DNA of 64,000 nucleotides from Ascidiella aspersa (GCA_963924565.1 OZ004612.1:9424001-9488000); one strand, 5' to 3'. Counted from the stretch's first letter, positions 38,586 through 52,908 are shown. A program made the numbers and translations. Notes: a model not told the origin generated them from the sequence alone.

Positions 38586-41500
38586 ATGTACGGACCCCAA
38601 TCGCTGGTCCCTTCCTCCATGATGACGTATCCCCCGCCCCTGTACCACCGGCCCACCGGCTTCCCCCTGTCCCCTTCCCCGGGCCAAAGCGGCGCCGGCT
38701 GCCCCCAGAACTACTACCCCCACCACGTCGGCAACCACGCGGCAGCTGCGGCCGCAGCCATGTACGGTTCGTACGACGGCTTTCTGCAGAACTACGTGCC
38801 TTCCGACCCCTGCAAGCAAGCCCTCATGATGGCCTCGCAGGCGGCAGGCTTCGCAGGCGTCGGCAGCGAGTACAGCGCCAACTACGGTGAGTAATAGTAC
38901 AAGTATACGGGTGCGAGTAGGGAAGGAAACTCTTTCGAAGAGGGAGAACAAATAATATGATTTCGGAACGTGAACAAAAATTCAGTAGTATGACTCCGTT
39001 GAGCTATACAACGACCTCTATAACATTATGGTTAATTTATCGACTTTTTCTAATTTTTACTCAACGTGGCTTGCTTACGTACTTTTTTATTTATTCATCC
39101 TGATTGGATTTATCTGGTACATTCTGCCGAAAGGTTAAGCAATTACTAGGGGCAATTTTCGTACGTTGAAATGTTGCCTGGTGGAGCATTTTTTTTAAAT
39201 AAACCTTTATGACTATGTTTGAACAAATAATTGCAGAATTACCATTAGGCGGCTCTAGTGTATTATTTAAACAATTTGCTTCATCGAGTAGCGAGTACTG
39301 TGCCTTGGTTATACTCGTTTCTTTAATTTGTGGCTGTATATCTTAAATTAAAATTTAAACAGCCAACCTGCATTAGGCATTGCATGGTGACATTACCGCA
39401 CACAGTCCGGTTAACTAAAATGGGAGTGGTCGTTCCTAGTGCGAGTAATTGACTTAGAATTGTTACAGTATACGCAAAAAAATAGAAATTGTAATTTATT
39501 ATTACTTAACTGTCTATAAGTATACTGTATAGCTATTGGATTAAATCGCCGGGGTGCTTGGATTATTAAAAATATACTTGATCATACATTTGTTTCCGGT
39601 GCTGAAGTCATACATCAAAACTGAAATCCTTTGCTTTTACTTTTTTGGCAGTCGATCCCAGACTTAACGATCGTTATTTCCCATGAAAACTATGCGATAT
39701 AGGCCGCGGTCTACTGTACACTTGGCGTCGGAATGTGTATAGTGGAATTGCAGCGAAGCGAGTTTCAACAAAACAGCTTTACAGAGTTTTGGAGGCCCCA
39801 TGTGTGCTGGTTTGTTTTAGATTCCCGAAAAGCGTGACTGACTCAAATTCAATAATTTATTTTTTGTAAACCCGTTTGCTAGATTTTCTCACGGTCGATG
39901 TATATAAACGGATAATAGCGTTTGACAAAAAAATGTTCTACACGAACACCGCTTTCATATCTTTTTTGATTTCTCATAAAGCCTTTTAGATCTGATTTAA
40001 TTATTATTATGTTTGTTCTCATTTTGGGTTTGTAATAAGCGCAAGGCGATGTTTTACAAAAGAAAACTAACGGACATGAAAACATCGTGCCAAATTTGGG
40101 GATTTATTTCAAATTCAATGATTTGCATTTCTTTAAATTTCAAGGAGTCGTTCGCCTGTATTATGAGATCACAAAGTTGATTAAAAAAACTGTATTAATA
40201 CTAAAGTATTTTTGTGAAACCATAGCCTTGTTTTAATTTATTTAATTTTGCCACTGAGTTACAACTTTATGCCAGATGGAAATCTCAAATTATGTTTGCA
40301 AAAATTGTGATCATTTAAAATAATTTTAATCACGGTTTTTAAATTTGAATGCCTTATTTAAGGCTAAAACAACAGAAAAGATGGTTTTCTCTGTGGTTTA
40401 AACGTTAAAGGCTGGAGAACTCGACAAAACTGTTTTTGTTTCATCTCGCTCGGCTTAAGATGAAATTCCCTATAATCCATTCCGATCCTCACAGGCGTGT
40501 TTCCTCCGTCAACAAACGTTCGGATCACAATCAATTCTCCACACTTCTCTAACAGTTATTAAATTATATTCATTTTTTTTCCTGGATCTCACTTAAACGT
40601 CCATATTATATATTTTAGGTTACCCAAGCTATTATTTTAGTCTTATGAGTCAAGTTATGCGTGTTGTACTTTATTGTGAAATCAATCGCGTGGTGATTCA
40701 AAATAAAAAATTAAAGAACGACTTGTGCCTATATTTTCCAACAAATGTATCCAATATTAGCAAAATTATTGTCGAATGAACTTGTCCATAGGATAACTTT
40801 CTACCTTGCCCTTCTCTCGTTGTGCTGCAAAATATTTTCTTTTTGTTTTTGAAAAGAAGTTTTACCAGATACTAAATTGGGTATAGAATAACAACCTGCA
40901 TAACTTGTCTTTTTGTCAACCTATTTCGAATAAAGGCTATACCTCTTTGTAAAATGCACGTAAAAATAACTTAATAAAAAAAGTCTCATAAACAACATTT
41001 AAAACTTTTTTTTAAAAACTATCGTGAGATATGCCTTTATTTTTTTAGTTTTGACGAATTATAAGTTCTCTTTGGTTTTCCTATTTTGCAATGAAGGTAA
41101 AATTAGCAATCTATTGGCTCACTTCATTGTGATGAACACCAACTATGAAAAAGAAAGTGCAAATAACGACGACATGTCTCAAACCACGTTTAAGTCATTT
41201 TTCAAATCTCGAGCAGCCCGAAATAGCATAAGGGCCAAGTTCGCGCCGAACCCCAAACAGCCCAGTCGGTAAGTGGTCGTATAGCTTGCGTTTTGCGGCC
41301 CGTCGCCCGATATCCATAAGCGCGCAAAACACATTAGCGAAAGCATTGCGTTCGTATATATACAAACGACGCCTATGCGGCTTGTTACGCCAACAAACCC
41401 GGTAATTGATTGCGACATAGACGATCGTTTGTCTTTTGGCGTGCTGGCGACTCGAAACATTAACAAATAGCAATTGTACAGTCAATGGTGGCGCAATCAA

Positions 41501-44500
41501 ACCATCTACTACTTGTGAATAGACAAATATTCGTAAGTGAAACAGGATTTAGAAAAAGTATGTCTTTGCGCAGAAGACTGCTCTTTTGAGTAACAACGAG
41601 TCAGACTGATCTACGAATACTAATCGACTGACAGTCGACTGGCTATACACTTGCTGATATTCGAATACTATTACGTCTTACTACAACCTCCAACCATTAT
41701 GCTCCGAATACTATTAGTTCAGCGTGGCCCTAACCTCGTAATCCGCGAACTGTGTACTCTGAGAGAAGTGTGCCGCGAGTTTGCGATGAGTAATATGGGA
41801 AAATAATCGATTTGGATTACAGCCAAGCATGCGAAACTTGAATGCACTCCATCTATTAGTTCACAGCCAAATAAATGGTATTTTTAACGTTTCTTGTCAT
41901 GCAGTTAAGGACGATTATTGTAAATTATAATTGCATGTTTTGTAAAAAGTGCGCTGCGAATTTGTTTTTTTTTTTTAATTTTTTTTACTGGCTAAAAAAG
42001 TCGACAACGACTGCTCGAAACATAGGCGTACCAATGCTTCAGACGCAAAATAATTAAAGAACCTTGACATGGGGGGCAGTGACTTTCCAGGAACATATAT
42101 CAAATATAAGACAGAAGCAACACTTATGTATTGTTAAATATTAGGTTAAAATGGGCTTTAATATCAGTATTTAAAAGGGCAGAGTAGTTAAAGCTTATCA
42201 AGCGTCAGTAAACTACATATCCAGTCAAAGCGACCTGAGTTATCAAATGGCCGACTCACTAGTGCACAGTCAAGACTTTTGAAGTATATCTAAATCCTAA
42301 CCATGTGTCTTTCGTTCACAGACGACTCTAAGCCTTCCAAGCAGCGACGGGCCAGGGCCAACTACAGCCAGTGGCAGCTTGAAGAACTGGAAAGGGCCTT
42401 CCATACAACTCACTACCCGGACATCTTCATGAGAGAGGCGCTAGCCATCCGACTGGACCTGATCGAAGCCAGGATTCAGGTAAAAGCGATTTCGCTGCGT
42501 ATAAGGCGGTCTTATACTTTCTAACGTGGCAGCCTCACGATAACTGTACAGGATTTGTGGCACTATTTTTGGTTCGTGACCTATTATTACGCTCCCACTA
42601 TCGAGCACGACACTACAATGACCGTTTCGCTATCGGCGCATGCATAGCAGGAAATCAAAAGGGTTGGTGAGGCGGTATAGTTTCCTTTTTTTATGACCGG
42701 CAAAATCGGCTTCATGTATCAATTACGATTTTCATTTATCTTTAGTCGACGACTGCAATAGAAAAATAGCCTGGTTTTAACAATCTCGTCAATGAAATAA
42801 CTGCTCCCTGAACAGCTTTAATTAGATTACAACTAAGAGGAACTCTTGGTTCAAAATCACTGAAACAAAGTACTTCCTTTTTCTGACATAATAGAAAGAA
42901 AACCGTAATTGGGTGTCGTTGTTTTGTTTAAGAAAAGTTAAGCCACAGGGTGACTTTAGTGTGTGTAGCAAATCGACAACAAGTTAAATTCAGCTTGATC
43001 CCCATAAGTACATTATTATATCATTTTCTTCCAATTTTTTCATGTTGCTTACCTATATGGGGGAAAATTGTTATATGCATACAACATATCAGTTTCAGCC
43101 TATAATAGCTATCCATTAGGTTGCCGATTCTTTACCGAATGCCGCAGCGCGGTTAGGCACCAGCAGGTTTAATACCCAATTACTCTCACGGTCCCACATT
43201 CACTATGGCGCTTGCGGCTTTTTACGCGACAGAAAACGCCTGAAGCTCGTAAAAAGTCAAACAGCGAAGCGCTGCCGAAAGTTTGCGCGCGCATTAGAGG
43301 GGCTCGCTTTCGGACGAGGGGCTAACAAGCCTGACCGACAGGCGTCCGCCGTCGTCAATACAACAGCGTGTATAGGGACAGAGCCGGGCATCAATCCGTG
43401 GCCACTTAAGCGGCTAAACGCCGACAAATCATCAAATGGCCGGCGTCGGCCCGGCAAATTTCTTGCGCAAACACTTGTTAGCGGGCTCCCCAAACAAGCT
43501 GACGTCACACTAGGGCACCCTGACTGATGCCGCGTCATTACGCCCGTTGACTAAGATGGACGCCGGGCCCCATCCCTCCCCCCTATATACGCGGGGGCGG
43601 TCGCCTGGAAAGATCAGTATCGCGAGCCCCCTTAGGCCCGTTATTTCCAGTCCAGCGAGCAGCCAGCCATCACCACAAACACGCCGTCGAGCGTTCGGCC
43701 CCGACCCCCGGTCCCTTTGAACTGCCCTAACTTGAACTACTTGAACTAATAGCGTTCTATAGGGCTAACGCTCGGCCCTGGGGGACGATCGAAGGTTTCG
43801 GGTCGGCCCTCGCGAGCCCCGACGCTGCCCGGGCTTGTTTTGGCAACTGTCAGGGCTAACCGCCTGAACAGAGGGCAAATCTGTTCTCGGTAAGTGCCGG
43901 AGCGGGGCTGTCTCTCCGCAGAGCCCAAATCACTTTTCTGCGGCCTGGACGAAAAGTCCTTTGTGTCTAACGTTTAAACTCGGGCGCGTATTTCCCCCGA
44001 GACTTGAGATTCCGCAAGTTTCGGCTTGGAACCGACACCCATCCATAAGCTGGCAATTAGCCGAGCCGCTAAAAGCGGGCCGCGGCGGAGAAAAAGAAAA
44101 CACAAACCCAGCCGCCGTGTTTTTGCCGTCGACCGAACCCCGCAAACCCAGCGCGATTGTGACAAGATAATCAATTACGTCAAGTGCCCGTGCTGGGTCT
44201 TGGGGCGGCGGGGGTGAAACAAAAATGGCGAGCTTTGATGGAGAGCGTTCTCTCGGCACTGTATACGGGGTGGACAGGGCGAATCACTCACGGCGCGCTT
44301 GGCCAGCTGAAATTCCGCCCCCCCCCCCCCCTTATCGGCCAGCGGGGAAAAATTAACCCCCTTGGGGTAACCGAAACGCGACGGCGCCGCCCGAAACGCC
44401 TTGGTGACTGAACACTGCGTATTTATTTACGGACCGAGGCCGAGTCACGACCGATTATCCCGCTCGGCTTTGAAGGACCCGAGCTGTTTATTTGCACGTT

Positions 44501-47500
44501 AAATACGGCGCAACTTTGAAGCGCGCTTTGTTTTTCGTCGAAGGTGCGCGATTTTCACGGCTGACGGGAGACCGCTGCTGTCTGTGCTATGGGTCGATTT
44601 TTATGGCGAAGAAACTGATGGGCTGCTGCCGTGAATAGTTCAGCCTAAAAAACTAAAAGTTCCGTGACCCTTTTTGAACTCCATTTTGGTTTATTTGCTA
44701 AAATATATATTGTTAATTAGTTATAGTTAAGGCATTTTGAGTAACACCTGAATCGCTGAAACGAACCTTTACACGCATTTGTCGTCCTTTTCAATTGTGT
44801 ATGCAATCTATTTAGAGCCTTTACTTATTTTTACTTAAATGACAGGGGTTAACTTTACATACCAGCTTGCCTTTCATTTTTCAATAAAAAAATATAACTA
44901 TATTTCCCTAAATAAAAACGCAGTCACAAAGGTTTGGTAAATTAACTACCATTTGTACACGTATAATTTAAGGATCTGTCTTAACTCTGATTGTGGTATT
45001 ATTGTCAAGCGAATAAGGTTGGTGTTGTCTGAAAGGTTAGAGGAGAGGCTATTGAATTAGCAGTGCAAAAATCCGTATATAAGATAACAAGGTGCTAAAT
45101 TAGACCTCATTTCACCATTGAAGGGTCAGCAATGAATTAGTTAACATTTAACCCCTGTTTCCAATGTAAAACTTGAATTACGACAAGTAGCGGCGAAACC
45201 CCTTTAAAAAATTACACCCAATTTTGCCAATCAGGCTGAAACCAAGCGTCAGGCCAGAATTCCGCCAACCGCCCCTTTCCAATCGGGTTAATTTAAACAG
45301 CGTGCCTTTGGCGCGTCGCTTCTAATCCGTTGCCCAGCGAAATTAATCTGTTATTTCGTTAATTTGACAAGAAGGGGAGTAAAATGGCGCGCGCGTAACC
45401 CAAGGCCGTAATTAGCGCGGGTACGTCGTGTGACAAACGTCTTCCGGCATCGTAGCGACGCTGGAAAGTCGTTTGTCGCCCAATTTTCATTCCTGACTTT
45501 CCAGCATGTGCTTTGTTGCCGCTTTCTGTTTGTCATCCGTCGCTCACCTGGGAGAGCTACACTCAGTCTTTTCCGGATCGCTCAATGGCCTGATTATAGT
45601 ATCGAGTTGGCGACACGCAGCCCGTGCTCGTTGTGTGCGGCAGCGGGAATTTCGCCAGGGTCGGACATATGTGCGCTGTTGTTTAAACGCGCCCTTTGTT
45701 TTGGTCAGCAGAACCCCCCCTCCCCCCTAAACCCGTCAGCCAACAATTGTATCGAATTTGCGCCACTTTCCACTCTGTCCGCTTGGAAAAGAGAAGGGCG
45801 CCCGGCGGGAAAACGGGAAAGTATCTATTACGGTGGCGTCCATAGCCCGGGGTCGTGAGATCATCGGGCGACTTCCATTGTGCCCCTTTCCAAAGGCAGA
45901 CCCTCCGTCAAGTGCCCTTATAAAACAGAAAAGGCGACCCCTGAATGCGCGCAGCGGGGGTTGTTTTGAAACGTGCTCGTTATAGATACAAATGGCCTCT
46001 TCACAACAACAAAACACTTTTGACCCAGTATTTGGCAACCGAAAGTAGTCACCCTCGGTTTTTCTCCACTTTCAGTTTAATTTAACATGAGAAGTTGGAA
46101 TTCCACCACCCTTTATTTCAAGTTAATGGCCGTGTGAAATGGTCGTTTTGGCCCGATTGTGAAAGTACACTGCGGTTGTGGGTTTTACGATGATTTTTCT
46201 GAGTGATTTGTAGAAGTTAAGTTGAATTGGACAACATTCACAAACTGTATTCAATAGAAATCCAAAAATATAATGATAAAAACAGGTTGTTTTTACCTAA
46301 TTTGTGTATTTTGGCAGATCAATGAAGTGGCTTGTGGTCGTTTTCTAGATGTAATTTACCAACATTTTGATATTACCTATCTGATTAGACTAGTGTTGAT
46401 CTCAAACTGGGGTCCGCAGATTCCTGGCCTGGAGGTCTGTGAGAAATTTTAAGGGGTCCGCGCTTAATCTTTTTATGTCTGCTCTCTGCACTCTTACTTG
46501 TTGTGTTCCCAGGGTGTCAATTTTGTCAATGGGCCACGACGGACCGGGGTAATTGTCGAAGTGCCTGTTGTACAGAACTAGCACCAGCAGCAGTATAGAG
46601 TTAAGATAAAGCGGGCATGTCGATTTCTATCTCTCCCGACCAGTTCTAATTAACCGAAATTCGATTATTTCTGTCGGACAGCTCGCGCCAAGGTGCTTTC
46701 TAACTAGATTACGCAGTTAATTTGACCTGCCGCGCTCTGTCGCCTGCTTAATCCCGAAGTCAGACCCCGCTTTCCCTTATGGCTTATAGGTTCAATTTGA
46801 TTAGCCGATTTGCGGCTTGTCACAGGCGGTTACAAGTTCGGTTCTCGCGCCTTGGGGCTGCTGCGCGTCGAAAATGAATCGTTTCAGCTCGTAATTGGAT
46901 TTCTTAAAGCCGCAAATTGCCGTGTGCCTGTTGGAAATAAACCACTCGGTTGCGATTTTTTACGCGATGTTTTTGATCCACTACTTTCCTTCCCATGTAG
47001 GGTGATTTCCGCCCTGGTTAAACTTTAAATGCGTTGAGTTGCCATATAGCTGGAATATACTCATGAAGTTCAAGGTTATCGATGTAATGTAGGAATTAAA
47101 ATAAAAAATGCGACTTGGCATGACTAACTTTTGCCACCTTTTTCTATACCTCAACGGTTCAGCCACATTAATCACGAATTAACGAAGTTGATAAATCTAT
47201 ATATGGTTTCAAAAATTATGTTAGATCTCAAGATATTTTCTGAATATGTTAGATTTGTTGAGCAAGCATGCTCATTATGTTTTACCGTCGCTTGGTTGGG
47301 AAGGATTAAACTTTTAAAAAGCCTCACCTGCTAATTTTAATAATATTTTATTGTGCAAATATAGATTTATCATATTTATCCCGGTTAAGCAACTGTTTTG
47401 TTGTAAATACAATTGCTCTTCGATCAAACGTCAATTTTAAAACTATGTAATATCGGATCATATTATTTAAATATTAAATAAGCGAAAAATTTTAAATTTT

Positions 47501-50500
47501 TATTAATACAAAATTACTTTTTGTTTTGTTCCATGAATCGACGTGATTGAGTAGCGAAATGCAATAAGTCTTAAAAAATAAAATGCGCGTGTGCCTATAA
47601 CATATCATAGCAAAACAATTCCAGAATATTTACTAACTATTTTTTTCTACAACCGATACACTTGATTTGCTATATTTAAATTAAAAAAAAAGCACGACAA
47701 ACAAACTACACATTAGCCCTTTTTGACATTCGTCGACCAACCACTGCAATTTACATCGACAGGGTCCTGCGAAATTCAAAGTCAGTCTTATTACAATTGA
47801 TATCAACTCGATATTAAAAGAACATCTGTTAAACTTCCGCTCAAACACCTGGAAACTTTCTCTCGTCAGAAATTGCATTGTCATTATCCCACAGTAGCTC
47901 ATTTTATTTCCCTACTATAATTCACCGTCTAAAACAAATTGAATTAAAGGGCGGGGGCCGTTTATACGAGAACACTGGGCAACGGATATTGGAGGTTGAC
48001 ACCCCGCGTAAAATCCCTCAAAGGGACAAAACTTTTTACGTCTTACCCAAAGAAATTGCCACAGCGCCTGATCGCGCGCGGAAGTTTTGTTTGCTTTATC
48101 CGGGGCGCTAAATAGCGTCTTTATTCCGTCGTAATGCGGCCGTCGCTCGGCTGCGCTCTAAAGAAAGCGGCGATGTCGACGCCGGTCGCCTTTGTGAGGC
48201 GGCGGATGCGCGGGCGGCATTGACCGCCAGGCAGCCGGAACATCGGCCACGGCAAACGCGATCGGCCGGCTTTCAGATGCGCATCGCCCGCGGAAGTTGC
48301 CGAATTTTCCCAAACCGGTTCGCGAAGTCGAACGGCGCGGCCAATTAGCGACTAAAGCGCAGCGGCGCGTTGCCACGGGCGGAAATGTTGCGTTTAATTA
48401 GGCCCCCGATCTTGGAAATTGTTGTAGCAGCTGCGCGGGTCGCTGCGGGCAGCGCGATAAAGCGACATATTGTGTGGGTCACGCTACAATGGAATGCCAT
48501 CGCGTCTTTGTGCGTCGTGTTCGCCCAAGTCAAGGCCATTGTTGGCTCGTAATCACTTCCCCGTCGCCGAATCGGCGTAATAGTTCGCCACTTCCGAGTA
48601 AATAAATAATAATCCTGCTCTTCAGGCAATGCGACTGGGCGCTGCTCGGGCGCGGCTGTTGTGGGTTGAACCGCCGACAGTTGCTTTGAGCGCGCGCCGG
48701 GAAATAATAAATTACGTGACACTCGCGTTCCATTCAAGGAAATATATTTTGGTAATGATTAATATGGACAATAGCGGCGCGACAAACACGGGTAAAGAAA
48801 CCGCAAAGTTTTTTGTAAAGCACATAAACGCACGAATACGTAAATGTATTAGTCATCAACTCGCGGGCGTAATGAATTTCGATTATTTATCATGTCTAAA
48901 GATTTTACTAGAATTATAAAAAATAAAATTAACTTACCAACAATAAAAAAAATTGTTCTACTAAAACGTTTAACCATTATGCTGCAAAATTCAACAGATT
49001 AACAAAAGAGTGAAACGTATTAATATTTCACACACATCTGAATTACCCACGTTTTTTACAAAAACAAACAGAGCGACCCACAGTTACACGAGTCGTATAA
49101 AAAAGTTTTTAACAACGGTTCTGGTCCATTTTCTTAAAACTACCCCCAATTAATCTCTTCGGGGGGCCGCGCACCCATGCACCTTGACCCCTATTAGCTC
49201 CAGTCAAGCCAGTCCTACAGTTTAAGTAAATAATTGGTGAATGCCAAAAACGCTATTTGAGGCTCCGCGAAGGCTCATTGGAAATGAAAAATGGTGGGAA
49301 AAGCTTCGAGGTCGCTCGAAAACTATGCGACCCCCTTCGCCGCCAAAGGTTTTGAAATCTAAACAAACTTCTCCGCGAAAGCTCTTTTGGACAGGTTCAC
49401 CAGCGGAAGTCTGTAGGTACAGTCCGGAAATCGGATTTCGGAATTTTTGCCAGTCGCCCAAGTCGGAGCGTTTAGCCGTCAATCAAATTGTTTTTAGTTT
49501 TTCATAGTTAGTATACTTCAGGCACAAAAAGTTTATTCAAAATGTACAAGTGAAACAAAGATGTTACTAAAAACTTAACAGGCTAAGAAAACTTCATTGT
49601 TTATAGACAATGAGGCTGTGAATGTACATTTACCTATTTCTTAACATTAGGAGTAACTTTGCCTTTTTAAAGAGAAAGCAAATCGCCATTTTATATTTTG
49701 TTATTTTACAACGTTCACAGTACTGACTTGAACCAAGAATGATCGCTATTTGCTGTACGGTAGCAGATTAATGAAAGCTTCGCAATTTAGTCGAAGATCC
49801 GCTTTCGAAAAAGGTGGTTAGCAACAGTGTAGGATTACGTAAATACGTGACACCAGGGTCCATCTTAGCCCGAACCACTTAACTTCACCCCATCACCCCC
49901 TTTTGCTTTTGGCGATGACCAGCCGCAAAGCTGTCGCAGTGAAGAGCGCTGATTGATGCAACATGCGCTTTAAGAGTTCTTCGCGTTTCTTAACAGCGAT
50001 TTTTAGTTGCAATTGTCGCTTTTGGAGTGAAGGTTTCTTTTCAATAATTTGCAAATTGCTCAAAGCGATATCGATTCGTGCTGAAATCATTAAACATTAT
50101 TTAAAACAAACTACGGACAGTTAAAGTTAAGCTTTATCCCATTTGGTGCACTTAAAGTATTGGTATGGGTTCAGAAATTCCAAACTGATCTAAAAGCGGA
50201 CATATACCATATTTGGAAATCAGGTGCCACTGTTGAATGACAAATAGTACACCGACACAAGGAACATGATTCAACATTAAAAGCTGAACCAAAAAATGTC
50301 AAAAAAAAGTTGTTAGCCACCGACGACATTTTCCCAAAACGTCTCATCGCGTTGCGCCACCTACCCCCCCCCCCCCCCCCCCAATGTACCCCGCCCCCCT
50401 ACAAGCGAAAGTGGGCTCGCCGAAACGAGGCCGACAGGTCGTGAACAGCGGTGGGGGGAGGGAACCGGGCCGCCGCCGCCTTTCGGGCGCTTTGAAATTT

Positions 50501-52908
50501 CCGCATGGCCGCTCGCGTCTGTTGCCTAAATTCGGCGGCGAGGCGAGCGGATCAAAACGAGAACAAGCGGTAAGAATGCCAATGCCCGACTGCCATGTTT
50601 TGGGACCGTTTAGGAACGCGGCTCAACGCTGCCGTGTCTCCGAGCGGTGGCAAAGGTCCCGCGGTTCAACGTGGGGACAGGGGTCTTGTTTTTCTAACCC
50701 CACGGACCCGACGACGAGTGGGCCCCCGTTTTCTTGCCCCCTGGGGTAACGCGAAACCCCGGTAATCGCTGCTTGCCACTAGACGGGCGAGTCGATCCGA
50801 TTACGAGAAGGCGCATTCGGGCTCCCGCCACTTTTCCTTGTTCGAACTGAGCCCGGGCTGCCACGATAAGCTGATTAACCCGCTATTTTCACCCGGTTAA
50901 GCGTAGGCCCCGCGCCATTATGCAAGTCAACTAACCGTGGCGGGCCTAATGGCGCTTTTGCCATTCGCTGGCCGCGCAAACTATACTATTTCTTCGGCCC
51001 ATTACGCTTTGCAATTTGTATGCAGTCTACCTCTTTAAGCTTTAAGGCAAGGTTACCAACACTATACTAATAATACTGCGGTTGCTGTTATGCGTAAACT
51101 ATGTGAGCAGGTAAAAGTTTGTCAAGTAACTTTGCGTAATAAGGACGCGCTGACCTGTGTTTTAAAGTTTCGATCGACAACCTTATAGTCGTTTTTCAAG
51201 GTCAAAATACTAACAAATGCTCATTTCTGGATGTTGTGTAAACGCTGGTACATCTTTTTGTGTTTGAAACGCCCAAATCAGTCCGATATTTTTAACTAGA
51301 CGATTGGGCTAAAGATAAAGTAAAACATAAAATACTTCGATTTAATAGCTTGAGAAGCGCACCGCTTCGAACAAAAATCAACCAACAAGATATTAAAACT
51401 TATAACATAAGATATGCATTACGCCAAGTAAACGCCATATTCAGCTTCCAAAGCGACGCGCTTCTCAAGATATTAAAATATTTGAAAAATCTTATAAAAC
51501 ATTTGAAAAATCCGTCAGCTATGCAATGTGTTTTGTTGGAGGCCAAGATTCTGTTACTAAGCTCATACTTTGATGTAACGCGACTTTATTAGTGTTTTTT
51601 GATATAAAATGTTTATTAGCCATCACATTTTATTCGACCAAAAACCTCAAACGAATATTTTCCATCCAGGTCTGGTTCCAAAACCGCCGAGCGAAGCTGC
51701 GAAGACAGCTGAAGATGCAGTCCAAGAACAACGCAGTGAAATCGGGCGAAAAAAGCGCCGCTGACGACAAGCCTGAATCTGAGACTAAGACAACAACAGC
51801 GACCTCGGCGACTGAACTCCCCGTTGCCGACCCCGACCCCTCCAAAGACCCCCCGACATCGGAAAAGGTCGATTCGAAATCCTCTCAGAAGACAAGCGGC
51901 GAAAAAACCTCCAGCCAGGCTCCGGAGAAACGAAAGCGCAAGAAGTCGAAAAAGAAGCAGCCGGAGCCGGTGGCTGCGTCGGCGGCCGTGTCCGGGGGAG
52001 ACGAGCAGATTCCGCCGGAAAGCGATCGCGCAAACCCGGCGGACGTCGAAGCGCGCCCCGAGGCCATTTACGACCCGATCGCAAAGACCGAAACCGACGA
52101 CTCTGTTGCACAGTTCTTTAACGAGTCCTCGGCTGCCGTGATTGACAGCCCTTCGGAGCCGCGCGATGTGTACGCTGCCAGCCAGGACATGATGATGCCG
52201 TACACAAGCTGGATGCCGTCCAGCGGGGCCAAGATCCACCAGCCCGCCGCCAACCCCAACGAGAGGCGGTCCACCTCAAGCAGCGGTCACCCCTCACCCC
52301 TAATGAGCCCCCACCCTGTCTCGCAGCACCACATGCGACCCCACGACTTGAGCATGCTTTCTGGCAGCGAAGGGTCTGTAAACGACATGTACCAAGATCA
52401 GCACGCCGCCTACCCCCACTACCGCCCCGAATACTCCCCAGTTCACCGCCCCGCCATTCACCCCTTTCCGCAGTCCTCACCCGGACAGCAAGCCCCCGTG
52501 ATGACGTCATACCACCCCAGCCTCCATTTGGGTCGCGTCCAGGACTACAGCGGCGCTGCTAACAACGACAAGTACCAGTCGTCGAGCACCGCCATAGCCT
52601 CGCTGCGCGTCAAGGCGAAGGAACACAAGCTTCACCCCTACGCCCCAGCCCCTGGTAACGTCTTCCCCGTCTCCAGTGGGGCCGGCGGTGGTTCCCCGAC
52701 GTCCGCCGTTGCTATGGTAGCGGCGTACATGCACCATAACAACCCCAACCCCCACTACACGCACTCGGACCACTACAACCACCCACCACACCATCACCAC
52801 CACCAGTACCACCATCAGAACCATCGCTTCTACTCGCACCCGCACGACCCCCACCAGACACACCACCCTTTCCACAGCGAAGTGGCTGCTGGTTCGTATG
52901 GTGCATGA
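38586..52908 (+). CDS. Uncx: PRD-class Q50 paired-like homeobox transcription factor, Uncx/unc-4-like, with OAR motif; 3 exons, ~565 aa
   Basis: Exons 38586-38886, 42322-42479, 51670-52908 (1698 nt, phases 1 and 0 match). Homeodomain [46 protein letters not shown]|[13 protein letters not shown] has the PRD-class intron between residues 46 and 47. WQLEELE and REALAxRLDL are Unc-4-type. OAR motif [15 protein letters not shown]; His-rich tail. The homeobox call is firm; the orthology rests on recalled sequences. Confidence 0.85.
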
